NCBI GenBank assembly: GCA_965237955.1
Contig: OZ250169.1
Location: 2,272,001-2,336,000, forward strand
DNA length: 64,000 nt
Origin: Candidatus Marinacidobacterales bacterium
Lineage (GTDB): Bacteria > Acidobacteriota > Vicinamibacteria > Marinacidobacterales > SMYC01
Direction of reading: 5' to 3'
The notes under the pieces were generated by a model. It searched no databases. It had not been told where the DNA came from and saw nothing but the letters and a program-made list of their open reading frames with translations. Made by a program: the position numbers and the translations under genes. This document shows, piece by piece, positions 49,021 to 59,642 of the stretch. The first letter of the stretch is position 1, and each line of letters begins with the position of its first letter.

Positions 49021-50472
49021 GTGATCCACACGGAGCTCAAGAAGCTGGCGCAACATTCCGCCATCTATGGCGTGGCGGACGTGGTGCCATACCTGATCAA
49101 CTTCTTGTTGCTCCCCGTTTTCACAAGTTACCTCTCGCCCGCCAACTACGGCGCCCTCGGTATCCTGCTGCTGTTCGGAGTCCTCACGAAAATCCTCTTC
49201 CGCTCGGGCCTCGACGCCGGATTTTTCCGGATTTACTACGAGCAGAAGACCGATCAGGATGCGAAGCTCCTCGCAACGACGCTGTTTGCGACTGCGTTCG
49301 CGATCAGCGCGACGCTCGCCACGCTGTGTGCGGTGTTCGCCGGCCCGTTGAGTCGCTGGCTTCTCGGAGACGAGCTCTCCCAATCCCAGATCGCGACGTG
49401 GGTCGTGCTCGTGGCCGCCGATACTCTCCTCAACACGTTCGCGTTCGTTCCGATGAACCTCTTCCGCATGCAAGAAAAGCCGAAGTCGTTCACCCTGATG
49501 ACGCTCTTCCGAAGCTTCGTCAACATCGGGCTGAAAGTCACCTTCGTGGTGAGCGGTTGGGGCGTGGCCGGGGTGTTGTGGGCCGATGTCGCCGCGTCCC
49601 TTGTGTTCGTCCTCGCCTTGTCGCCGACGCTGGTTAGGAACCTCGCCCCTGGATTTTCGGTGCCGATGCTTCGCTCAGCGGCGGCGTTCGGGCTCCCCAA
49701 AGTTCCCCACGGCCTCGCGCATCAGATCTTGAACTTGTCCGATCGCAAGCTCATCGAGCTCTTCCTTGCGCTGTCGGCATCGGGCCTCTACCACATCGGC
49801 TACATGATGGGGACGGGCGTGAAGTTCTTCCTGTCGGCGTTCGAGCTCGCGTGGGGTCCATATGTCTACGCGCACTTGGAGAAGCCCGACGCCGCTCGCA
49901 CGCTCGCGCGGCTCGCGACGTACGCGTTCGCGACCCTCGTCGGGTGCGGTCTGTTGAATGCGGTCTTCGGGCGCGAGCTCTTGTTCTTGATGGCCAAGCC
50001 CGAGTTCCATGCGACCTACCCGGTTATCCCTATCGTCGTCCTCGCGTACATGACGCAGGGCCTGTACGCACTCACCTCGATCGGCATCGGTATCAGCAAG
50101 AAGACGACCTACTTCCCGGTGATGACGCTGTCCGCCGCGGTCGTGAACGTCGCTCTCAACATTCTCTGGATCCCGCGATTCGGAGTCGAAGGCGCCGCGT
50201 GGGCGACGGTCGCAGGCTACGGCTTGATGGCGGTGATGGGGATCTACTTCGGGAACAAGCACTACCCGATCCCGTTCGAATGGTCACGACTGGCACGCAT
50301 CGCCATGGCCGCCGCGCTCGCGTACGTGGTGTCCACCACAGCGCCTTTCGAGTGGCAACGAGCGATCCCGATCAAGCTCGGTGCATCGCTCGTTTTTCCG
50401 GCGGCTCTCTTCGTGTTGGGTTTTTTCCGACACGACGAAATCGAATGGCTTAAGGATCGGCTCAAGAAGTGA
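49021..50472 (+). CDS. Oligosaccharide flippase (Wzx/MATE-like)
   Basis: HSAIYG..FLLLPVFTSYLSPANYG; DRKLI..GLY; ~12-14 TM helices. Confidence 0.9.
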   Translation: MIHTELKKLAQHSAIYGVADVVPYLINFLLLPVFTSYLSPANYGALGILLLFGVLTKILFRSGLDAGFFRIYYEQKTDQDAKLLATTLFATAFAISATLATLCAVFAGPLSRWLLGDELSQSQIATWVVLVAADTLLNTFAFVPMNLFRMQEKPKSFTLMTLFRSFVNIGLKVTFVVSGWGVAGVLWADVAASLVFVLALSPTLVRNLAPGFSVPMLRSAAAFGLPKVPHGLAHQILNLSDRKLIELFLALSASGLYHIGYMMGTGVKFFLSAFELAWGPYVYAHLEKPDAARTLARLATYAFATLVGCGLLNAVFGRELLFLMAKPEFHATYPVIPIVVLAYMTQGLYALTSIGIGISKKTTYFPVMTLSAAVVNVALNILWIPRFGVEGAAWATVAGYGLMAVMGIYFGNKHYPIPFEWSRLARIAMAAALAYVVSTTAPFEWQRAIPIKLGASLVFPAALFVLGFFRHDEIEWLKDRLKK

Positions 50473-51431
50473 AAATCGTTCTTCCTGGTGGATCGGGACA
50501 CGTCGGTACCGTGCTCGCGCGAGCGTTCCAGCGCGACGGCCATGAACCGGTAGTCTTGAGCCGGCAGCGCGACGCGGAAAAACGGTGGCGCACCGTCGAG
50601 TGGGACGCCGCCACGCTCGGTGATTGGGTCAACGAGCTCGAGGGTGCCGACGCGGTCATCAACCTCGCCGGAAGAAGCGTCGACTGCCGCTATCACGAGA
50701 CCAATCGCCGCGCGATCATGGACTCGCGGGTTCACTCCACGCGCGTCATCGGCCAAGCGCTTGCCCAAGCGGAGCATCCGCCACGGGTGTGGTTACAGTC
50801 GAGCACGGCGACGATCTATGCGCACCGCCACGATGCGCCCAACGATGAGCTTACGGGCATTCTCGGCGGCAACGAGCCCGGTCTTCCCGACACGTGGCGC
50901 TTCAGCATCGACGTTGCCGCTGCATGGGAGCGCGAAGTCGACGACGCTCCCGACACTCCCACTAGGCGTGTGAAGCTACGATCGGCGATGATCATGAGCC
51001 CCGATAAAGCCGGCATCTTCGATACCTTGGTCGGCCTTGTGCGCCGAGGCCTGGGAGGCCGCGCCGGCGACGGGCGCCAGTACGTGTCGTGGATTCACGA
51101 GGTGGACTTCGTCCGGGCGATCTATTGGCTCCTCGAGCACGACATGGACGGGGCAGTCAATCTCGCGTCCCCGAACCCACTTCCCTACACCGAGTTCATG
51201 CAAGCACTCCGCGACGCGACCGGCGTCAAGATCGGCCTCCCGGCAACGAAGTGGATGCTCGAGATCGGTGCTTTTTTCATGAGGACGGAGACCGAGCTCG
51301 TCTTGAAGAGCCGGCGGGTCGTACCCGGACGACTCTTGGCTTCCGGGTTCACGTTCGAGCAGCCGACGTGGCCCGAAGCTTGTAAAGAGCTCGCTAGTCG
51401 CTGGCGCGAGCTGCGCCGAGCGCGTCCGTGA
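50469..51431 (+). CDS. TIGR01777 family oxidoreductase/epimerase (DUF1731)
   Basis: PGGSGHVG, VINLAGRSV, SWIHEVD, SRRVVPGRL..GF.F..P. Confidence 0.88.
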   Translation: MKIVLPGGSGHVGTVLARAFQRDGHEPVVLSRQRDAEKRWRTVEWDAATLGDWVNELEGADAVINLAGRSVDCRYHETNRRAIMDSRVHSTRVIGQALAQAEHPPRVWLQSSTATIYAHRHDAPNDELTGILGGNEPGLPDTWRFSIDVAAAWEREVDDAPDTPTRRVKLRSAMIMSPDKAGIFDTLVGLVRRGLGGRAGDGRQYVSWIHEVDFVRAIYWLLEHDMDGAVNLASPNPLPYTEFMQALRDATGVKIGLPATKWMLEIGAFFMRTETELVLKSRRVVPGRLLASGFTFEQPTWPEACKELASRWRELRRARP

Positions 51432-52620
51432 CCGCATCGAGCACTTGCTCGACGGAAATCCCGGCGATGCACTCCGGTGCCGTGGCGCGGGCACACTCTC
51501 TCGGAGGACGGCGGATCATGTTGCACGGCGAGCAGTAGACGGGTTGGCGCACGACGCGTCTCCCAACGGCATCGTTATCGGGGGGCCCGTAGCGCACCGG
51601 ATCCGACGGACCGAAGATAGCGACGTTCCGCGTGCCGACCGCGTGTGACAGGTGCATCGGTCCGGTGTCGCCGGTGACGAAGACGTCGAAGCGTTCGACC
51701 ACCGCGGCGAACGTGGCCAGTTCATTCCCCACGAGCGTCTCGGGTTTCGATGTCGCCTGGTTGACGATCGTCTCGACGAGGGCGCGATCGCCGGACGCAC
51801 CGGTGACGATCACGCGCGCTCGCGCCGACAGTCTGTCGGCAAGCGCCGAGAACTTCTCGACTTCCCACTGCTTCAAGCCGCGGCCGGCGCTCGGGTGGAT
51901 GCCTATCAGTGGACGTGATGACTCGCCTATTAGTGGCTTCGCTTGCTCCCGGTCCTCGGGTGTGACAAAGTTGACGGGACGCAAATCGCTCTCCGCGTCG
52001 GGGAACAGAGCTCGCACGAGCTCGAGGTTTTGCCAATACCAACTCTTTTTCTCGTCCCACCGACCTCGATGGGTAAGCAGGTACGAGCCGCCGGTATCAC
52101 CGTATCCGGCACGAAGCTTCGCTCGGGTGTATGCCATCAATAGAAGAACGCGCACGTCGCCTTGGAAATCGATGGCGAGGTCCGGACGGGTCTTTTCTCG
52201 ATGGCCTCGAAGAGCCTCGCGCGCATCTGAAAACCGCACTTTCTTACCCCACGCGGCCCACGGTGTGTCGACGATCCGGACGGAATCGATGAAAGGCAGC
52301 CGACGTGCAATCGGCTCGTTCCAGCTCCCGACGGCGAGCTCGAGGTGCGCGTCGGGTGCGGCGTCGCGAAGAGCTTTCAGTGCGGGCAACGTCGTGAGGA
52401 AATCTCCGAGGCGGTCGAGTCGAAGGGCAAGAATCCGTTTCGCGTCGCGAACGTCGAGAAGGTCGCGCTCGGGGCGAAGTCCGAGCGCGGGAGACAGAAG
52501 GCGTAACAAGACGTCGAACGCCCCGAGGGCGACGCGCTCGCGCGGATCGTAGATGCGGGGACCGCCGCTCTCAAGACGCCTGGCGGCGAGCTTCCGCGAC
52601 GGAGCGAAAAACAGACTCAA
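51394..52620 (-). CDS. Glycosyltransferase family 9 (heptosyltransferase-like)
   Basis: RLDRLGDFL, IHPSAG..KQW, GDTGPMHL, IFGPSDP, C-terminal CSPC..C..C. Start uncertain. Confidence 0.88.
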   Translation of the reverse strand: MSLFFAPSRKLAARRLESGGPRIYDPRERVALGAFDVLLRLLSPALGLRPERDLLDVRDAKRILALRLDRLGDFLTTLPALKALRDAAPDAHLELAVGSWNEPIARRLPFIDSVRIVDTPWAAWGKKVRFSDAREALRGHREKTRPDLAIDFQGDVRVLLLMAYTRAKLRAGYGDTGGSYLLTHRGRWDEKKSWYWQNLELVRALFPDAESDLRPVNFVTPEDREQAKPLIGESSRPLIGIHPSAGRGLKQWEVEKFSALADRLSARARVIVTGASGDRALVETIVNQATSKPETLVGNELATFAAVVERFDVFVTGDTGPMHLSHAVGTRNVAIFGPSDPVRYGPPDNDAVGRRVVRQPVYCSPCNMIRRPPRECARATAPECIAGISVEQVLDAVTDALGAARASD

Positions 52621-53848
52621 AGCGCTCTCCCACCAAGTTCCAACTGAATGTCTCGACGGCCCGCTTCCGTGCCGATGCGCCGAGCGCGTCTCGCCTCTTC
52701 TTCGATTGAGCCAAGCTCGCGAGCGCGTTCGCGAGCGCCTCGGGGTCCTTTTCGGCTACGAGGAGCCCGTCGCGGCCGTCCCGGATCGCTTGCGGAATTC
52801 CAGCGACATCGCTCGCGACGATGGCACTTCCCGAGGCCATCGCTTCGAGAAGCACGTTTGGAAGACCGTCGACGTTCCCGGCGGCATCGCGAACCGACGG
52901 CACCACGACGATGTCGGCCATAGCGAAGTAGCCCGGGAGCGCCGCGCGCTCGACGTTCCCGACGAGGTCGACATTAGTGTCGTCGTGCAGTCGAAGCGCT
53001 TCCGCCCGCCGCTCAAGCTCGGAGCCGAGGTCTCCTTTGCCGGCGATCACGATGGCGAACTTTCCGAATTTCCGGACTTTCCGATCTGGCCGATCTGGCC
53101 GATCTGGCCGATTCAACTTCGCCGCGGCATCGAGCAGATACTCAAAACCTTTCTTCCTGACGAGCCGTCCGACAGCGAAGATCACGATGGCCTCGTCGTC
53201 GATCCCGAGTGTTCGCCGGAGCTTCCGTCCCGCCGAGGGCTCGGCTCGGAACTCTCGAGCGTCTACGCCGTAGGGGATGACCTCGGGTCTTTCTCTCGCA
53301 CCGAGGGCAAGAGCCCTCGAGGCGAGATCGTCGCTGCACGCGGTCGCGGCTGAGGCTCGCTGGAAGGCGAGCTTCGCCGCCGAGCGAAACGGCCCTTTTT
53401 TCTCCGACAAGAACACGTCGGAGCCATGCAGGCTGACGACGAGCGGCAAGCTGCGGGCTCTGGAGGCAGGCCACGCCATCGCACCGTTGGGGACGACCCA
53501 GTGAGCGTGCAAAACGTCGTAGTGCTCCCGGCCCGACTCGGCTAGAAGGCTCCGGGCACCCGCGAGGAGCGCGAGTGGTGCGGCGAGATACGCCTGGTGC
53601 TTCACTCGAACATCGGCGCGAAGCGCCTCGGCGTACCCGAACACGCTGAGGCCTTGTGTGGGTGCGTAGCGGAAGGGGCAAAACCGGACGCCGGCAACGG
53701 GCTCAAGGTCCAAATCCGCCCGAGCGGGCAAAACCACCGTCAGCTCGTGGCCTCGCGTGGCCAGTGCCTTAGTGATCGAGGCGATGAATGGCGCGGTCGT
53801 GTCTCCACGGTATTTGGGGTAGGAGGACGTGACGGTGAGGATTCTCAC
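52571..53848 (-). CDS. Glycosyltransferase family 4
   Basis: MRILTVTSSYP, HAHWVVP, LHGSDV, GRLVRKKG, DGLPNVLLEAMA. Confidence 0.9.
   Translation of the reverse strand: MRILTVTSSYPKYRGDTTAPFIASITKALATRGHELTVVLPARADLDLEPVAGVRFCPFRYAPTQGLSVFGYAEALRADVRVKHQAYLAAPLALLAGARSLLAESGREHYDVLHAHWVVPNGAMAWPASRARSLPLVVSLHGSDVFLSEKKGPFRSAAKLAFQRASAATACSDDLASRALALGARERPEVIPYGVDAREFRAEPSAGRKLRRTLGIDDEAIVIFAVGRLVRKKGFEYLLDAAAKLNRPDRPDRPDRKVRKFGKFAIVIAGKGDLGSELERRAEALRLHDDTNVDLVGNVERAALPGYFAMADIVVVPSVRDAAGNVDGLPNVLLEAMASGSAIVASDVAGIPQAIRDGRDGLLVAEKDPEALANALASLAQSKKRRDALGASARKRAVETFSWNLVGERFESVFRSVAEARRQAS
53081..53112. repeat. 9-bp tandem repeat (CCGATCTGG)x3.5 encoding an RPD repeat inside the GT4
   Basis: Seen directly; in frame (NRPDRPDRPDRK). 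Confidence 0.85.
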
Positions 53849-53979
53849 GGCGGAGCGACGATTATAACTAATGTTGTGAGGAGTATGGCGGGATCGGCGC
53901 ACACCACACCTCCCGCCCTGTGCTATGCTTCCCTTTTAGGCGCTACCCTCAGCCGGCGCCTCCCTGACAGGGGATTCGT

Positions 53980-56481
53980 ATGAACAACGTCCTCTTTCGC
54001 CACTGCACCGAGCGCGTCATCGAAGCGGTGAATATCGGCTCGATGGAGCTCGTCAATCTTCGCCAGAACGAGCTCACACCCGAATTCATCTTGCTGGGGC
54101 TATTGGAGCAGGACGATGCGGAGGCGCTCCGTCTGATCGGCGAGCTCGGGCACCCGGCACAACAGACCAAGAAATCGATCGTCGACCTCATCCTCGCCGC
54201 CCAGCGGAACAAGCTGAAGCTCCGCCGCGAAGGCTCGCTTCAAATCCTCGTGTCGCCGCAAACCGCCGAAGTGTTGAGGATGGCGAAAGAAGAAGCGGAC
54301 AACATGGGCGACCGCTTCATCGGCTTCGGGGCGATGCTCCTAGCACTTCATCGCGAGCCCGCCGGACTCTCGGCGCGCATCCTGCGCGATCTCGGCTTCC
54401 GCTACGAGCGGACCAAAGACGCGTATCTGCGCCAGCGCGGTGATCGCACCGTGGACGACAAGCGCGGTGACACGAAGTTCGAGACGTTGGCGAAGTACAC
54501 GACCGACCTCACCGAGCTCGCCCGCAAGGGCTCGCTCGATCCGGTCGTCGGCCGCGAAGAAGAAATCCACCGGCTCATCCAGATCCTGCTGCGGCGCAAG
54601 AAGAACAACCCCGTGCTCATCGGCGAGCCGGGCGTCGGCAAGACCGTCATCGTCGAAGGCCTCGCGCAGAGGATCGCAAACGCGGAAGTACCCGATACTC
54701 TGACGAACAAACGCGTTCTGCTCTTGGAGATGAGCGAGGTCGTCTCGGGCTCGAAGTTCCGAGGCGAGTTCGAAGAGCGCCTGAAGACCATCAAAGACGA
54801 AGTTCTCGCAGCTCAAGGCCAGGTCATTCTCTTCATCGACGAGCTCCACACGGTCGTCGGCGCGGGCAACGTGGAAGGCGGCCTCGACGCCTCGAACATG
54901 TTGAAGAGCGCGCTCGCGAGAGGCCAGCTTCGCTGCATCGGTGCGACCACGCTCGAGGATTACAAAAAGCACCTCGAGAAAGATAAAGCGCTCGAGCGGC
55001 GTTTCCAGAGCGTGGTCATCAGAGAGCCGACCGTCACCGATACCGTCAATATTTTGAAGGGGCTTCAACGCCACTACGAGCTTCACCACAGCGTGAGCTT
55101 CAGCGACGAAGCAATCGACGCCGCCGCGAAGCTCTCGGAGCGCTACATCGCCGATCGTTTCCTTCCCGACAAAGCCATCGATCTCATGGACGAAGCTGGA
55201 TCGCGGAAACATCTCGAGCTCGTTTATTCGCCACCGGAGGTCCGGCGCGGAAAACGAGATCGCGACAAGCTCATCTCGCAACAACGAGAAGCCTACCAGT
55301 CGCAAGACTACGAACGCGCCGCGATCTGCCAGCAGAACATCATGCGGCTCGAGTCCGACTTGAAGCAGATGATGAAAGCGTGGCGCGAGAGCCGCGAGCC
55401 GCAAGACTCGACGGTGGACAGCGAAGACATCGCCCGTGTCGTTCAGGGTTGGGCCGGCATCCCCGTGACCCGCATGCTGGAGTCCGAGGCTCAGAAACTC
55501 ACACGTATGGAGGACAACATCCACCAGCGCATCGTCGGGCAAGCGAACGCGGTGCGCGCGGTCTCCGACGCCATCCGCCGCAACCGTGCAGGCCTCAAGG
55601 GCAAGAAGCGCCCGATCGGTGCGTTCATTTTCCTCGGGCCGACGGGTGTCGGCAAGACTGAGCTCGCCAAAGCGCTCGCCGAGTTTCTGCTCGACGACGA
55701 GGACCGCCTCATCCGCCTCGACATGAGCGAGTACATGGAACGCCACTCGGTGTCGAAAATGATCGGCTCGCCTCCCGGCTACATCGGCTACGGCGAGGGT
55801 GGACAGCTCACCGAGCAAGTGCGGCGCAATCCGTACAGCGTGCTGCTATTGGATGAAATCGAGAAAGCGCACCCGGACGTCTACCATATGCTGCTCCAGA
55901 TTCTCGAAGACGGTCGTCTCACCGACGCGCAAGGTCGGACCATCAGCTTCGTGAACACGATCATCGTCGCGACGTCCAACATCGGAAGCGAGGACATCAC
56001 CCGCGAGTCTACGGGCATCGGTTTTTCGACCCCGGTATCGTCCCGACGGTACGAAGAGATCAAAGACCGCGTCATGCGTGAGGTGAAGACGGTCTTCAAA
56101 CCGGAGTTCTTGAATCGCATCGACGATCTGATCGTGTTCCATCAGCTGGAGAGAGAGCACATCCGGCGCATCGTCGACCTCACCCTGGCTGATCTGAGCG
56201 AGCGTCTCGCCGAGCAGAACCTAACGATTCAGGTGAGCGACGCGGTGAAGGACAAGCTCGCGAACGACGGTTACGACCGCGTCTACGGCGCACGGCCGCT
56301 TCGACGTGAGATCGAGGCACAGCTCGAGAACGTCCTTGCCGCCAAGCTCATCAGCGGTGAGCTCAAAAAGGGCGACCACGTCCTCGTCTCGCTCCACGAG
56401 GGTACGATCGCGTTGGCCGCGCAAGCGCTCGAGACCGCGCCCGTTCCCGCGCCCAGCCACGGCCAAGGGACTACGAACTGA
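53980..56481 (+). CDS. clpC: ATP-dependent Clp protease ATP-binding subunit ClpC
   Basis: Clp N-domain, Walker A GEPGVGKT and GPTGVGKT, short UVR-type middle domain (QDYERAA), IGF loop (GIGF). Confidence 0.9.
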   Translation: MNNVLFRHCTERVIEAVNIGSMELVNLRQNELTPEFILLGLLEQDDAEALRLIGELGHPAQQTKKSIVDLILAAQRNKLKLRREGSLQILVSPQTAEVLRMAKEEADNMGDRFIGFGAMLLALHREPAGLSARILRDLGFRYERTKDAYLRQRGDRTVDDKRGDTKFETLAKYTTDLTELARKGSLDPVVGREEEIHRLIQILLRRKKNNPVLIGEPGVGKTVIVEGLAQRIANAEVPDTLTNKRVLLLEMSEVVSGSKFRGEFEERLKTIKDEVLAAQGQVILFIDELHTVVGAGNVEGGLDASNMLKSALARGQLRCIGATTLEDYKKHLEKDKALERRFQSVVIREPTVTDTVNILKGLQRHYELHHSVSFSDEAIDAAAKLSERYIADRFLPDKAIDLMDEAGSRKHLELVYSPPEVRRGKRDRDKLISQQREAYQSQDYERAAICQQNIMRLESDLKQMMKAWRESREPQDSTVDSEDIARVVQGWAGIPVTRMLESEAQKLTRMEDNIHQRIVGQANAVRAVSDAIRRNRAGLKGKKRPIGAFIFLGPTGVGKTELAKALAEFLLDDEDRLIRLDMSEYMERHSVSKMIGSPPGYIGYGEGGQLTEQVRRNPYSVLLLDEIEKAHPDVYHMLLQILEDGRLTDAQGRTISFVNTIIVATSNIGSEDITRESTGIGFSTPVSSRRYEEIKDRVMREVKTVFKPEFLNRIDDLIVFHQLEREHIRRIVDLTLADLSERLAEQNLTIQVSDAVKDKLANDGYDRVYGARPLRREIEAQLENVLAAKLISGELKKGDHVLVSLHEGTIALAAQALETAPVPAPSHGQGTTN

Positions 56482-56488
56482 AGACCTC

Positions 56489-57130
56489 TTGACATCGTCG
56501 TTACGTCAGCTCCTGCCGTTGGGCGTGCTCGGGCTCCTCACCGTCTCGGCATGCTCAAGAGAACCGCCGCCGGAGGACACTACTCGAACGCCAACCGGTC
56601 GCGTTGTCACCGGCACGGCTCCGCGGGCATTCGGGGGCTTCCCGTCCGTCGTCATTCTCGAGCCGGAAATACCCATGGAGCTCCCGGTACCAGAAGACCC
56701 CGCTGTCATGGACCAATACAACACAGCGTTTCATCCCCGCTTGCTCCTCGTTCGGGTGGGACAGCCGGTTCAATTCAAGAACAGCGAAGACACGCTCCAT
56801 AACGTCCACGTCATCGACATCGAAACGCGCGACACCGCCTTCAACGTGGCGACTCCGGTGACCGGTGCCTACCAGTACGTGTTCGAGAGCGCTTCGGTGT
56901 ACGACGTGTCGTGCGGCATCCATCCGTCGATGGCCGCTTTCGTCGTCGTCACCGAGTCGGCGTTCTCGGTAGTGGCCGAAAACGATGGCGCGTTCTTACT
57001 GCCGGAAGTTCCGCCGGGCAACTACAAGGTAGTTGTCTGGAACCTCGATCCCTCGCGGAGAAGCGAGCGCGTCGTCGTCATTGCCATCGACGATGCCGCC
57101 ACCGAGTTGAACCTCGCCGGAATGTCGTAG
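56489..57130 (+). CDS. Lipoprotein with cupredoxin-like/carboxypeptidase-regulatory-like domain
   Basis: Lipobox VSAC; MDQ...F.P, NSEDTLHNVH, CGIHPSM, PPGNYKV..W. Confidence 0.75.
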   Translation: MTSSLRQLLPLGVLGLLTVSACSREPPPEDTTRTPTGRVVTGTAPRAFGGFPSVVILEPEIPMELPVPEDPAVMDQYNTAFHPRLLLVRVGQPVQFKNSEDTLHNVHVIDIETRDTAFNVATPVTGAYQYVFESASVYDVSCGIHPSMAAFVVVTESAFSVVAENDGAFLLPEVPPGNYKVVVWNLDPSRRSERVVVIAIDDAATELNLAGMS

Positions 57131-57141
57131 GATACGCTCCT

Positions 57142-58728
57142 ATGCAGCGCAACTCCCTGTTTTGGGCTGTTCTCGGCTGTCTGGGCCCTCTGATCATGTC
57201 CGCCTGTACAGCCTGTACATCTTGTCCCGGGGCGCCCGAGGCGGCGCGACCCGCCCAACCCAACGTTGTCTTGATTACCATCGAGTCGCTCCGCGCCGAT
57301 CACGTCGGCGCCTATGGCTACCCGCGCAACACGACCCCGAACCTCGACCGCCTCGCCGCTCGAGGAACACGCTTCGACAACACCGTGGCGCAAGCGCCGT
57401 TTACGCTTCCATCGGTCGCTTCGCTCATGACCGGGCAGGCTCCACCCGGCCACGGCGTGCGCAACCATCCCGCGATCCTCGCGCCCGAGCTCGAGACCCT
57501 CGCCGAGCGCTTTCAGGCGGCCGGCTACCAAACGGCGGCGATGACGCGGCACACATGGCTCCGCCGGAAATCCGGTCTCGACCAGGGTTTCGACGAGTAC
57601 CACAACAACAAATTCTCGGCGGGGCTCGACGCGCGCAGTCTCTCGCTCGCCGCTCTCGACTGGCTCGACGCGCGTGATCCGGAGAGGCCGTTTTTCTTGT
57701 GGCTGCACTTTCTCGACCCGCACCTTCCGTACACACCGAGCTACCCGTATTCGGTCCTCTACCGTGACGAGAACGCGGACGAGCCGCGAGTGAAACACCT
57801 TCGCTCGATGATGGCACTCGACCGCGAAGCCTTCGAACCCACGCCCTACGCGGATATTCCCGGCGGTCCCTACTACGATCTCGTCTTCCCTTACTATCCC
57901 GACAATCCAGCGCTATTGGACCTCGCCTTCTGGCGGCGCTCACGTGGGAGCATCTTCTTCGGCGGAGCGCGCTACAGCGCACAAGACATCGACGAGCTTC
58001 GTAAGCTCTATGACGGCGCTATCGCGTACACCGACGATAATCTCGGAAGAATCATGAAGGCACTCGCTGAGCTCGGTATCGAAGAGACGACGGTTGTGGC
58101 GGTGACCGGCGACCACGGCGAAGCATTCGGTGAGCACGGGCTCTATTTCACGCACGATTTCACGCTCTACGATGAAGTGCTGCGCGTTCCTCTCGTGCTG
58201 CACTATCCAGCCGCGATCGAGCCCGGCACAGAGATTTCACAGCAAGTGCGCCTCATGGACTTGGCGCCGACGCTACTCGAGCTCGCGGGGATCGACGCCG
58301 CCACCCTCGGCGATGTCGACGCAGTGAGCCTCGTACCTCTCGTCGAGGGCGGCTCACTTCCTTTCCTGAACGCTTTCGCCGAGAGCGCGCCGAGGCGTCC
58401 CATGTTTCCCGAGCACGAGCGCGTGTACTTCAACGGGAATCGGGGCAAGTGGCGGATGCTACGTACGGAACGGTGGAAGCTCATCCGCATCCCTCACCCC
58501 GATGGCGACCGCTACGAGCTCTACGACCTCGTGAACGATCCCAATGAGACCGAAAACCTTTTCGATGAGCTTCCGGGCGAGGCGGGAAAGCTCGTTCCCG
58601 TGCTCGAGGCGTGGATGCGTGAGGATCCGGCTCGCAATGCCGATCGAAGCGCCGAAGAAAACGCTGAGCTCGAAAGCCTCGACCCCGCGGCGCAACAACA
58701 GCTCAAAACTCTCGGGTACATTCACTGA
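57142..58728 (+). CDS. Sulfatase-like alkaline-phosphatase-superfamily hydrolase (lipoprotein)
   Basis: PNVVLITIESLRADH, FTLPSVASLMTG, DPHLPY, YDGAIAYTD, GDHGE, LYDLVNDPNE. Confidence 0.88.
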   Translation: MQRNSLFWAVLGCLGPLIMSACTACTSCPGAPEAARPAQPNVVLITIESLRADHVGAYGYPRNTTPNLDRLAARGTRFDNTVAQAPFTLPSVASLMTGQAPPGHGVRNHPAILAPELETLAERFQAAGYQTAAMTRHTWLRRKSGLDQGFDEYHNNKFSAGLDARSLSLAALDWLDARDPERPFFLWLHFLDPHLPYTPSYPYSVLYRDENADEPRVKHLRSMMALDREAFEPTPYADIPGGPYYDLVFPYYPDNPALLDLAFWRRSRGSIFFGGARYSAQDIDELRKLYDGAIAYTDDNLGRIMKALAELGIEETTVVAVTGDHGEAFGEHGLYFTHDFTLYDEVLRVPLVLHYPAAIEPGTEISQQVRLMDLAPTLLELAGIDAATLGDVDAVSLVPLVEGGSLPFLNAFAESAPRRPMFPEHERVYFNGNRGKWRMLRTERWKLIRIPHPDGDRYELYDLVNDPNETENLFDELPGEAGKLVPVLEAWMREDPARNADRSAEENAELESLDPAAQQQLKTLGYIH

Positions 58729-58748
58729 CTATTGAAATGAGGTGACCT

Positions 58749-59630
58749 GTGAAAACAACCGCCTTCTTACTCTTCCTGACTGCATCGACGCTTGCCGCGC
58801 AGGAGCGTACCGTTCGCGGTGTCATGCAGCCGCGGCCTGGTGCTCCCGCGGAGGACGTCGAGGTCGGCGTCCACCCGGTCCCGGTCGACCCGCCCTCGGT
58901 TTCCGCGGCGGAATCGACCCTCCCCGACGACGATCTCGTGCTCGGCGTCGTCGTGGATGGGAGACCGATGGCGTACCCGATCCGCTTCCTGGCGTTGACC
59001 GAGATTGTCGACGACAGCGTCGGCGACACACCGTTGGCACCTTCATGGTGACCTCTCACCGGCTCGGGCGTCGTGTACGCCCGTCAAGTGGGACAACGTG
59101 AGCTGACGTTCGACTTTGCCGATGGACTTTTGAACAACAACCTACTCTTCGTCGATCGCGAGACCGACAGCGTGTGGTCTCAACTTCACGGCAAAGCCGT
59201 CATCGGACCGATGGAAGGTGAGCCCCTGACCATCATCCCGTCCGTCCAAGCGACGTGGAAGTTCTGGAAAGAGCGCCATCCGGACACGCGGGTCATGGTG
59301 CTGCCCGATGTCGATGGCCGGCCGTATTACTACCGGAACCGACCCACGGGACAATCGTCGCCGAAAAAGCCGAAGACGGAACACGACCTGTCTGTCCTCG
59401 GCTTCGGCCTCGCGATCAACGACGACGCATTATGGGTGCCGCTCCACGAGCTCGAAGGCCTCGAAACCCCCATCCAGATGATCCTCGGTGGAGAGAGCAT
59501 TCGCCTGTTCCACAACAAGGACGCGATGACCGCCTGGGCAGAAGATACGGATGGCAATCTTTTGAGCGGCGTTCTCGCCTACCGGGAAGGCTGGCTCGAC
59601 TTCTTCCCGAAATCACGGGGACTGAAGTGA
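58749..59630 (+). CDS. DUF3179 domain selenoprotein (in-frame UGA at 59049-59051)
   Basis: Two ORFs in the same frame joined by SW-TGA-PLTGSGVVY, where the family has a C-P-L-(C/T)-G-S motif; downstream NLLFVDRETDSVWSQ and W..F.P motifs; stem-loop just after the UGA. Confidence 0.85.
59052..59092 (+). promoter_or_regulatory. Putative bacterial SECIS element
   Basis: CGGGCGT-CGTGT-ACGCCCG 7-bp stem at 59065-59083, plus a lower CTCAC/GTGGG stem, starting 13 nt after the UGA. Confidence 0.65.
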
Positions 59631-59642
59631 GCCTCCATGGGA

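Noticed and set aside
53960-53982. Small hairpin over the clpC RBS as an RNA thermometer; CtsR/CIRCE sites
   Set aside because: The stem is very short with a 3-nt loop, and no CIRCE or CtsR repeat is seen.
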